Shown: piece by piece, positions 39,101 to 47,729 of the stretch
How positions within the stretch are numbered: position 1 is the first letter of the stretch
Layout of the letters: each line of letters opens with the position of its first letter
Assembly (NCBI GenBank): GCA_965644265.1
Contig: OZ286468.1
Location: forward strand, 50,592,001-50,656,000
Reading direction: 5' to 3'
Source of the DNA: Glycera tridactyla
Lineage: Eukaryota
Length of the DNA stretch: 64,000 nt
Notes under the pieces: model-generated
What the model saw: the letters and a program-made list of their open reading frames with translations, nothing else
Database searches by the model: none
Told to the model about the DNA's origin: nothing
Position numbers and translations under genes: made by a program

Positions 39101-40414
39101 TCCCGCCAGAGGGGCGATCACTATCTGCAACTCTGCTTACCTATCCAGTTTCGCGGCCACGTAATAGACGTACATCACGATAGTCTAATGGGATGCCATA
39201 GAGGCGCCCTGAAACTGTTAATGAGCCTACGAAATAAGTATTATTGGCCAAAGATGACTGCTGATGTGAAAGCATACGTACAGAGTTGTTTGACATGTGG
39301 AAGGGGTAAGAGACCTTATAATTCGTATAAGGCCCCATTGGAATTGCGCCAAATATTTCCTATTTGGTATCATGTCCATATGGACGTCCTGTCCCTTCCA
39401 GCAGACCCCTATACAGGACATACTAAATTGCTGGTGATGATAGACTCATTTTCATCTTATGTAAAATTGGCGGCGGTACCAAATGAGAAAGCAGAAACGT
39501 TAGCAAAGGCGTTCTTCAGAGAGTGGATATGTCGGCATGGTTGCCCAGTCATATTAACGACAGATAGGCACCAAAGTTTCAGAAGTATTCTTATGAAGAC
39601 CTTAGCATCACTCTTAGGATACAAGCGCATTTTTACGAGTAGTCATAGGCCTGAATCTAACGCAAAAGTGGAGAGAGTGAATAGTTCGATATTAGCAATG
39701 ATGAGAATGTTGGTTAGCAAGACCAAAGAATGGGTTCAATATCTGCCAGTAGTTAGGTTGAACCTAAACACTTCAACCTCTCAGACTTCAGGGTATACCC
39801 CTATGTTTTTGGCTACAGGGGTGGATACCTCGGTTGGGGAATATTGTCATTTGAGAGATCCAGAGATGTTGTCGGATAAGGATCAAGAGGTTCTGGAAGC
39901 TTTGTTACCAGAACTTACTTATCATCGAGAAATGGCCCGAAAGAACATAGAAATTTCTGCAAAGAGATATAAGGAGGTATATGAGAAACGATACCAAGTG
40001 GGTCAGATGCCTTTCAAAATCGGTGATCTTGTCTGGATGAAAACAGCCAGACCAGCGGGACAAGCAGTAGGAAAAACAGATAACCAACGTTTGGGCCCAT
40101 ATCGTATCACCGATACTCTTGGTGGGGTTTTGTATAAATTACAAGACTCACACACAAATATGTCTCTGGGGTCTCTTATACATGGCAATAAATTATCGTT
40201 GTTCCGAGACGAAGACGATAGCAGAATAAGGAACCTTTCTAAGGAACCTCCTGCGAATCCTAACCCTAGAGTATATGCAGATCCGGCCAAAAGAAATAGA
40301 ACCCAGGTCAAACACATAGCAAAAACTGTCTCCAAACCAGCGAATGTACCTAGAGTGCGCTTAACCGGGCCGGTTACAAGAAGACAAGCTGCGTTGAGGA
40401 ATATCAAGATATAA
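36191..40414 (+). CDS. pol: pol polyprotein (protease, RT, RNase H, integrase)
   Basis: Open from the gag TGA. PR: VDTGA. RT: YRACIDYRALN, LDMLSGYYQI, LPFGL, FLDD. RH: TDAS, KEAF, TTDN, DALSR. IN: HHCC (HHDSLMGCH...CLTC), HMDV...TTD-35-E, GPY. Confidence 0.97.
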   Translation, partial: WSTFTPPKTKTGDPSISFNDDVRLSLNLDGSFIRVMHNGMVARAPVDTGATASLISKNQWEQFNLESYLPIDGDKFLKLADASGKQIPILGQVEIPFEIAGREISVSLMVAEGLPVSMILGMEFLKNHRAIIDLEQGIVSFEGVPLIATIMPHIPIDRAIDVISTDHITIPPHTFMTVRLQVANKYWLSALFSSGYTGESDVESVQGFVVPSNNADIPVNLQLDPCLVTISKSGSLVVKVANSGDKPLEVKPSMTQARLTLDDDIEIIEASNVGGEVMAIMQMITSSQQTTVTVPPNYFNEEAFKENVLGLELRGDRVFEEIDWHEILDLSDCNKEQRRQLVDLLNANRDIFATSTEQLGKVTCVEHEINLEPDAKIVRQRPYRLSPEKQESLDKQIQELLAAKVIVESDSSWQSPVVMVKKKNHAPDGSVLYRACIDYRALNAMTQKEAGYFVMPTFDDIHESIARQAPRWMSSLDMLSGYYQIAMEKNSQDCTTFTTGKGSYKFLRLPFGLSLAPFTYSRAMSAALSRLGQTYVWNFLDDVFVASRTFKDHLVHLARVFNQFRQYGFTVHPRKCDFARKKLKFLGHIWTEKGLEPDPEKVKAIQKFPAPTNVTEVRRWLGLTGYYRKFIKNYAEIAEPITNLTRKDTPFLWDRKCQAAMDTLKTELLKNAVLHYPRLDREFFLTTDASKHSVSSILSQKDDDDVLRPVAFFSKKLNEQQRVWDINSKEAFSLILSIRLYRHLLGRQKINVTTDNLTARYLKNLRTSSAPKLLRWALEIQGLNIEIKHAPGKTIEAVDALSRIPEEKSIKTNYTKRDLGTPLDETIVMFVRTIGGDMPRAKTISQIANETRHTSDHRDAYTKQEVETSQKEAIVADENDNAQQDGESDEEVHAFLGPRLLEEQLKQFKADLHLVRDMQQESPDFKEMYYYLKFGTLPKESEKMKVVLRDHQHYILGAEDLLYRIFSTPGSRQRGDHYLQLCLPIQFRGHVIDVHHDSLMGCHRGALKLLMSLRNKYYWPKMTADVKAYVQSCLTCGRGKRPYNSYKAPLELRQIFPIWYHVHMDVLSLPADPYTGHTKLLVMIDSFSSYVKLAAVPNEKAETLAKAFFREWICRHGCPVILTTDRHQSFRSILMKTLASLLGYKRIFTSSHRPESNAKVERVNSSILAMMRMLVSKTKEWVQYLPVVRLNLNTSTSQTSGYTPMFLATGVDTSVGEYCHLRDPEMLSDKDQEVLEALLPELTYHREMARKNIEISAKRYKEVYEKRYQVGQMPFKIGDLVWMKTARPAGQAVGKTDNQRLGPYRITDTLGGVLYKLQDSHTNMSLGSLIHGNKLSLFRDEDDSRIRNLSKEPPANPNPRVYADPAKRNRTQVKHIAKTVSKPANVPRVRLTGPVTRRQAALRNIKI

Positions 40415-41141
40415 GTTAGTAGCGCCTCTGGAGGACCGTTGTATATATGCATATATATATATATCTATACATATATATATATGGCCAAGAATTTGCTTGA
40501 TATTCATACATGTCTCAATGTAGTCCCTAAACCCTAATTTGAGCTCATACCATCCCCAGGTAAGGGAATACTAATAGATGTATATAAATAACTGTGAAAT
40601 CGGATACTATGTATATGTAGACCATCGTACGATTCACAGTAACCTAGGGATGAGTGGTGTCCGCCATAAGGACATGTTAGGTGATAGCGATGACCAGAAG
40701 TCGAATGTAAGAGCTTTTACGGGTGTCTCTTGACATCTTCTTACATTTATGACTTGGCCACGGATGTGGGCCGGAATCAGTACGATGGGGATCGTGAAAG
40801 CCAACTGGATTCTCCGATGAGCTATTTTGTATTTATAATGTGAATGTATGTAAGGTACCTTAAAAATTATCTGTGATAAAAATCGACTAAGCGTTGGTCG
40901 TAGGCTCTGCCATCTGGAGTCTTAGGCTACTGAGCAAAAGATGTGACCGTAAACTCACCTTGTAGGGTGCTGCATGGTGAAACATCGATATCGTTCATGT
41001 ATCTCCAGAATCCATGATGCGTCTGGGGAGAGGCTCGTGGAAATATAAGGGAGTCCCGTGATTATAGGGAGGATAAGGTAGATAGATCCTTCTAGTATAT
41101 ACAAATATGTACACATACGACCCACGTAGTCCACAAATCCT

Positions 41142-41819
41142 TTACTCCTCAGATGGGGGTATCTCTCCTTCTTCTAGGCTGGGGAGAGATATGTTAGAGT
41201 CATCATCTTCCATTAGTAGAGGCATTGGAGGATCATGTCCCCAGGCTGGTGGGGGGAAGTTGGGCGAATGTGGCAAGGAATCGATACTAGGAGCAGGTGA
41301 CATATGTCCAGGGGACGGAGTATCTAGCATTGGAGGAGGATCGATGGTGATATCTGAAAAGGGTGATCCTTCTTCGGATCTCGGTTGAGCTGCTCTAGAA
41401 GAGGCAACGGATAACCTTCGAGGTCTGACGGTAATGGAAGACCTGGAGGGAGGAGTATCCGTTCTCCCGGGAGCGGGAGGCATCTCAGTCGAAGGTATCT
41501 CAGACAGTAGAGATATCACTCTTTGCAGATCTCTATGTTCCTCATAACGAAGAGGCACATCAAGAATCCTAGTGGTCGTTAGCAAGTGGTCTCCCAGTGA
41601 CCATAGAGTTGAGTGAATGGTATGATGAGGAGGCTGGGACTGATTATAAATGCTATGTCCCATAGGTGGTGCCCCTGATCCTTGTTGATTTAGGATCGCG
41701 ATGGTGATATCTGTCTCTGCCAGTACATCAATGCGGGAGATGCCATGATGGGTATCAAGATCCTGTAGGATGTAAACCAGACGATCCAGAATCGATTCCC
41801 GCGGTATCGCTTGCTCCAT
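41142..41819 (-). CDS. Antisense accessory ORF, 225 aa, unknown function
   Basis: ATG-initiated (ACTATGG) and confined to the pol-env spacer. The N-half looks helical; the C-half is Pro/Ser-rich and acidic. Confidence 0.6.
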   Translation of the reverse strand: MEQAIPRESILDRLVYILQDLDTHHGISRIDVLAETDITIAILNQQGSGAPPMGHSIYNQSQPPHHTIHSTLWSLGDHLLTTTRILDVPLRYEEHRDLQRVISLLSEIPSTEMPPAPGRTDTPPSRSSITVRPRRLSVASSRAAQPRSEEGSPFSDITIDPPPMLDTPSPGHMSPAPSIDSLPHSPNFPPPAWGHDPPMPLLMEDDDSNISLPSLEEGEIPPSEE

Positions 41820-42060
41820 AGTAAGGTTCCGTGAGAAAAGGGTGGTGTTTGTGTACGATAACTGTAGAAGAAATCGTGGACCTCAGCAGTTGGAATCTGG
41901 GATAAACTTCGAGTCAGACGGTTTCGGCCGGATCTCAGCTTATCTGAAAGGAGGATAGTAGAAACATATAGGAATGAGAGGGGCTAATAGTAAGGTTGTA
42001 ATGGTCATAGTCAGAGTATAAAAACCAGTTCGCCATTTTTGGTGTTGCAGAAGCCGAGAG

Positions 42061-45000
42061 ATGGCGCTGGTTTGGATAGTCACCCTTATGGCCCTATCCA
42101 ATTTGGATATTTCGAATATCAAAATGGAAGTTGATGGGGTTCTAGATACAGTAAGTAGACCTAATTATGGTGTGAGTTTTCAACCTTTGAAAACCTTATA
42201 TCCAGCTTCTTCTAGTTGGACACATATCTTTCGAGTAGATATACCTCCTGAAGTTAGCAGACAGCTATTCAGAGATGTAGAAACGACATGCTCGGACCAA
42301 CACTGTACTGATAACCACTCTTTAGATAGATTTCTAAGAAGATTTCAGCGCCAAATGGTAAGAGATGCGAACAAAGTTCGAACCGCCATTTTGGACCTTA
42401 CTTCTCAGAATCTGACTAACGATAATAGTAGGAATAAGCGTGAAGTCACAGCTTCGTATGTGAACTGGAGTAGCTATGGGCGTTATACTCAGACCTATCA
42501 GGGTTATGCAGTCAACTATCATGCGTGTATGAAAAAGAATATAAATGATATCGATGAAGATATCATAACTCCTGGCACTCAAAAACGTCTGGTCTGTTCC
42601 AGACGAGCTGCCAGAGATGCATGTGAAAATAATAGACCTGATTGTATAAAGGAATTTGATAGAAAGTGTCCAGATCCACAATGTTCGTCCTTAATGGACA
42701 AGTGGGGACAGGGGAAACGCACCAGACGCTCTGTCCAGGATAGGAAAGCCCAACGAGCCCCAGAACCACCAATTCTGGGAAATATCACCAAAAAGGACTT
42801 ATTTGAGGTCAAAAATATTTTGGATCATAAATTAGCCCAATATAACCATTATTTAGAATTAGCGGTACAAGTAGATGTACAACTGGGTGAAATGAGTGAA
42901 ATGATTCAAGAGTACTTACCTATAGTGAAGAGTAATGACAGGGTGAAGAGATGGAATCCGTTTGCTTGGATAGGGAAACACGTGTTCGGACTGTCTACCA
43001 ACGAGGATGTTGAGAGACTGGCTAGGGTGGTGAAGTTTGCTACGGACCAGCAACTCACAGAGGCAAGGCGTTTCACTAAATTCCAAAGTGAAACTGCTTC
43101 ATTTATGGATGTTTTATCCCAACGATTTACCAACGTGGCAGGGACCATTTCAGCACTGCAAACGGAGTTGCAGGGACAGCTGCAGGACCTGTCCCATCAC
43201 GTGGATGACCGCCTCTGGAGGGTGATGCAGTACAGCATTAGTTCCAGTTCAGTGCTTGCAAGCATGATAGAAAAAATGCAAACACTGAGTCCCCAGATCG
43301 ACCACCTAATGTCAGCAGTAAATGATTTAGTACAAGGAAAGTTAAGTCCTTATCTAGTGAACCATACAGTCCTGACAGATACTATCTCGATCCTGCAAGA
43401 GCAAATGAGACGAGACTATCCATATTTTCATCTCACGGAGTTATCTCCACAGTTTTATTATCGATATGGTCGAGTGAATTATTTCCGGACCAATGAGGAA
43501 TATTTGATGGTATCTTTAGATTTTCCATTGTCAGCATTGACAAAGGACTTTAGGCTGTATTCAGTGACCATCCACAATACTCCCATTACTGATGATTCTA
43601 CTCAGACTAGTCGTCTAAAAACCCCTGTCGAATACTTTGGAGTATCTGATGATAGTATGAATTACATTGAAATGACTCATAAAGAGTTAGCTAGGTGTGA
43701 TGATACGACTGCCTTCAGATGCTCATCATCTATGAAAATATTTGATATGGACAAACCAACCTGTATGGCAGCCATTTTTCAAGATGATTCCAGTTTAGTA
43801 AAGGAACTATGTGGTTTCAGATTTGAGAAAACTGAGCCTGTAGTAGACTTGGTAGATGTTGGAAACGGTGAGGTGTTGGTACATAACGCTGAGAGTATCT
43901 TTCAACATTGTGGGGCGGAGTTGCCCCGGCAACGAGAAGGATGCGTATACTGCCAAATGGAATTACCATGCGGTTGTACGATTCATATATCTAATAAGAT
44001 CTCAGCAGCAGCCTTACCGGCTCGTATAAATAACTGTGTGAGGAAATCATCTGGGCTTACTATCGTACATCCAATCAATCTTGCTGCCTTATCACATATT
44101 TATGATTTAAAGAATATTGAAGAGGTGAATGGCGAGACCCTGTATAGTGAGAAGTGGCTACCGAAATTACCAGAAATCAAAGTAAGTAAGGACTTTGAAT
44201 TGAATTTGAATCGAGATTACAATTATTCAATGCAATTGGCCTCTGTGATGAAACGGGCTAAGGAAGGGCTGGATGTTGATCCTATCAAGCAAGTTGCCGC
44301 TAGTACGTGGGATCTGGATTCAGCTGATGAGTTCTTCACACTTTCGAATGTGTTAGGATTGCTCAGTATTCTGGTAGCCATTGCCTCCATGGGTCTGGCC
44401 ATTTACACAAGATGGTCATATCGTCTGCTAGAAAAGACGATGAGTGCATATACGTTAGCCGGTGTGTTACAACCTACAACTGTAGATGGGCTGGAGGACC
44501 TCCCTAGGGACGTCTATGAACGTCTATTAGGACGGGCCATTCCAACCACTTCAAAAAGTAGGATCCCTCATATTGATGGTTTCCAAGTAGATACCTTTGC
44601 TCAGGACATGTGTTACGAAGGTAAGCATGTCGGGGTAGTAGGTGTATTGGCGCTTCTGGCCGTGGTGGGACTATTGGTCATAATAGGCTATTTAGCGTAC
44701 ACGATGTATGCTCACCGCTGCCGGACAAGAAGTAAGCTGATCATAGAGTTAGGAAACCTAGTAGAATACCAGGATATAACTATCATGAAACTTCCTGGAT
44801 CCATGTCAAATTATCATTTGATGGGACTAGGTGTCCCGGGGCCTTATCAGGTCAAGGACTTCCGATGCAGGTCATATTTGACTGCCTCATGGAGAGGTTT
44901 GATTGTAGGGAACAGAATGGGTAATACACCTTTACCCATGCCTGAACAATTGAGACTACTTCCATGGGAGGCTCTGAAAGTCAAACGTATTCTACAAGGT

Positions 45001-45279
45001 CGCTTTACTGCTGTATTTAAGATTGAGATGGGATGTAAGTTCTATATCATTCCAAGAATCTGCCAACCGGATTGTGACGGTTGGGCATGTAAGGGGATAT
45101 ACAACCCAGAGATAACCCCTAATATACTATACCCTGCTATGGACCAGACCCCTAAGAATGCTATTGATAGTGCAAACATTCCTCTACTAGCCTCAGCTCC
45201 TGGAAATGGGATTGACAAATATGAGTTGCAAAACGATGGTAGGAAAGTGAATTCTCAAAGTGAGATCACTAGAATGTAA
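42061..45279 (+). CDS. env: env-like class I fusion glycoprotein (baculovirus F/errantivirus Env-like), 1072 aa
   Basis: Hydrophobic N-terminus. RVKR followed by fusion-peptide-like WNPFAWIGKHVFGLSTNED. Heptad segment, GKLSPYLV motif, Cys-rich ectodomain and N-glycosylation sequons. TM segments at aa ~764-782 and ~857-883. Confidence 0.88.
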   Translation: MALVWIVTLMALSNLDISNIKMEVDGVLDTVSRPNYGVSFQPLKTLYPASSSWTHIFRVDIPPEVSRQLFRDVETTCSDQHCTDNHSLDRFLRRFQRQMVRDANKVRTAILDLTSQNLTNDNSRNKREVTASYVNWSSYGRYTQTYQGYAVNYHACMKKNINDIDEDIITPGTQKRLVCSRRAARDACENNRPDCIKEFDRKCPDPQCSSLMDKWGQGKRTRRSVQDRKAQRAPEPPILGNITKKDLFEVKNILDHKLAQYNHYLELAVQVDVQLGEMSEMIQEYLPIVKSNDRVKRWNPFAWIGKHVFGLSTNEDVERLARVVKFATDQQLTEARRFTKFQSETASFMDVLSQRFTNVAGTISALQTELQGQLQDLSHHVDDRLWRVMQYSISSSSVLASMIEKMQTLSPQIDHLMSAVNDLVQGKLSPYLVNHTVLTDTISILQEQMRRDYPYFHLTELSPQFYYRYGRVNYFRTNEEYLMVSLDFPLSALTKDFRLYSVTIHNTPITDDSTQTSRLKTPVEYFGVSDDSMNYIEMTHKELARCDDTTAFRCSSSMKIFDMDKPTCMAAIFQDDSSLVKELCGFRFEKTEPVVDLVDVGNGEVLVHNAESIFQHCGAELPRQREGCVYCQMELPCGCTIHISNKISAAALPARINNCVRKSSGLTIVHPINLAALSHIYDLKNIEEVNGETLYSEKWLPKLPEIKVSKDFELNLNRDYNYSMQLASVMKRAKEGLDVDPIKQVAASTWDLDSADEFFTLSNVLGLLSILVAIASMGLAIYTRWSYRLLEKTMSAYTLAGVLQPTTVDGLEDLPRDVYERLLGRAIPTTSKSRIPHIDGFQVDTFAQDMCYEGKHVGVVGVLALLAVVGLLVIIGYLAYTMYAHRCRTRSKLIIELGNLVEYQDITIMKLPGSMSNYHLMGLGVPGPYQVKDFRCRSYLTASWRGLIVGNRMGNTPLPMPEQLRLLPWEALKVKRILQGRFTAVFKIEMGCKFYIIPRICQPDCDGWACKGIYNPEITPNILYPAMDQTPKNAIDSANIPLLASAPGNGIDKYELQNDGRKVNSQSEITRM

Positions 45280-47128
45280 TAGCGACTCACAAAACGTAAT
45301 ACGATTATACTTATGTCTCTTCTTTAAGTAATCCCGTCTCAGGAACTCTTATAGTTCGCAATAGAACCAATCTTGAGACCATGCGTAAGTGGGGAGACCT
45401 TATGAACGATGCAGATGATTGTTGACTCAGAATAAGAATATTCGACCTGTCTTCTTAGACTATGTCACCAAGGCCATGTACCCGACAATAATGGCGGAGC
45501 TTCGTATGTATGAGTGAGTCAGGGAGCCTTGCGTATTTTTGGCGGGAAAGTTTGAATGGGGAAACCAGCAGTATCAGTTATACGGAGCCCTGTTGTAAGC
45601 TACACCCCAGGACTTGATTTGAAGTTAGGTCATAAAGACCGTGGCTGTACTACTGATTCCCGTATTTGTGGCGAGAAAGGTGTATGGTACGATTGTGTGC
45701 GCAAATGGGAAGGATGTCCTTACCGCAATATGTCTTTTTCGACTTAACGTTTGTAGCACCCTATCAACCCTATTGTACCGAGGGAAATTTTTGATAGGGT
45801 ACTACATTGTAGTGAGGATTGATGTTATATTGTATTAGGGATGTGTTAGATATAGGTATCTTCTGGGTCTTTTATAAAATTGTTTTGAATCTATTTTTGC
45901 TATAAAAACTGTGAGGTGATACAAAGTGATAGACCTGTTGGTTTCATGATGTTTTCTTGGTGTGTACGGTTATTAACTGGTATGTTCATTTGCTTGAGTT
46001 CCAGGGACAGATGATGGACTGTATGTCAGGAGAACTACGATTCGGTCCCTGGACCTCGCAAATGGACGTGCTGGTGGTGCATATCGGGGTGACACATGGA
46101 TATTGGATACCAAAAATTTAGGATATCACTGTATCACCAGGAGATAAGAGCAGTGGGATAGTTCACCCTAGCTTAGCTGAGCAGAGACTAGTAGATAGGG
46201 AATCATGGGGAACTATTCCGGACGATGTATATATACTGCCTCGATGATTCTTGTATCGCGATACCTTGTCTGTATGAAACCCAGCCTAGGAGAGGCTGAA
46301 GATGGTGAACTCTAATGCAATCGCCATGAAAAACACTTGACTTTGACTGAATGGTCGGAATCTGACTATCAGTATGAATCATGGGTTTCCATGTGGGACC
46401 CCGGAGGAGATGATGTGTTGTATTGAGTCATTGTTGCTTAATTTCCCTGGACGGGTGTATGAACACATGCTAGGGGCATGGGTGTCTAATGGACACGCCT
46501 ATGGGCGTGAAGTGTAGACATAAACCGGTGGAAAGGACATGTTTATGAGAGATGTTGGAAATGGACCGTGTCGTCATAAAAAGGGGGCGTGGTCGACTTG
46601 TGACCTGTCTTCATTGTACTTGCCTGACGTGGCGATGCAGTTGATGTCTTGATTTGATGTAGTAAATGTTGTGATTTCTCTTATCGGTACGATTATCTTT
46701 CACTCGCTTTTTGTCTCTCTCTCTATTTCTGCGGTCTTTCTATTATTCTTGTTTCTACTTGGAAGGCCATTGGCATCTGTGTCACCTATCCTAACAAAAA
46801 CCCAGTTTGCGGTTTGATAACATTTCGATTACGTTGAGGTTGATATGCATGTTAGGGATGAATGGAGCTGTAGCCGGATACGCGATTCCTCGAGACTGCC
46901 AATCTTTTGGTTATTTCGTATCTAGTCTCTTAAATATGTATTTTGACCACACTATCGTTATGTCGATTGGAGGAAATCATATTTCTTTGGTTTTGATAGA
47001 GACGCAGAGCGTCTTCGAGATGTATATCTCATTTATGCCATGGGAAACCGACTGGAACGAAAAACAATCGCAGTTGAGGAATAACGCATCCCAGTGAGGG
47101 AATTAGGCGTTACTAATTCCAAAACCGC

Positions 47129-47729
47129 TCACGAGATGGCGCGACAGTTGAAAGGTCAACGTCAGGTCAACTCTGTGAAACCAGCATATAGTCATTTCAA
47201 TCGCAATTAAAAACTAGTTAGCGAGTCATATGAGAAACATAGGTACAAGATAGAGTAACCAAAATGCGTAGTTTTTCATGAAGAATACGTCGACTATGAT
47301 GAAACCCAGAACTGACGATGCTGAGTGTAGGGAAAAATCAGGATAGTGAAAAATCATTTTTGGGCATACGACCGGGGATAGGCTTGGAGTATCATAGTAT
47401 GAAGGTGGAGATTAAGCAGAGAAGGGTCATACATTCTGACCATGTATCATACTCCGGGCTAGAGATGCGTGTCAATGATTGCCATACACAATGAGTGTAC
47501 TGCACTCGTTTCTGGTGGCATTCTCCTCATCAATCTCTTCCATTAGTTCGGAGAATTGATGCGCCGGTGAAACCACCTTCTCTTCTTCCTCCTCCTTCTT
47601 CCTCCTTCTTCTCCTGGCCGGTTTTTACCGGCCAAATAAATCAAAAGAAACATGCAACCAAAAACCAAGCAATATCCTGTAAACCAAAGTTAGGCACGCC
47701 TAGTTCTGGGAAACCCCGCTAGATGGCGA
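47129..47729 (+). promoter_or_regulatory. Two CTCF-like motifs in the element's 3' region
   Basis: CCGCTAGATGGCGA at 47716-47729 is a close fit to the CTCF core. TCACGAGATGGCGC at 47129-47142 is a weaker fit. Confidence 0.4.

Noticed and set aside
34647-43225. Short ORFs antisense to or overlapping gag, pol and env
   Set aside because: They are shadow frames of long coding sequences.
44710-45279. Similarity of the Env tail to coronavirus M protein (RTRS after the TM)
   Set aside because: A four-residue coincidence that cannot be supported without a profile or structure search.
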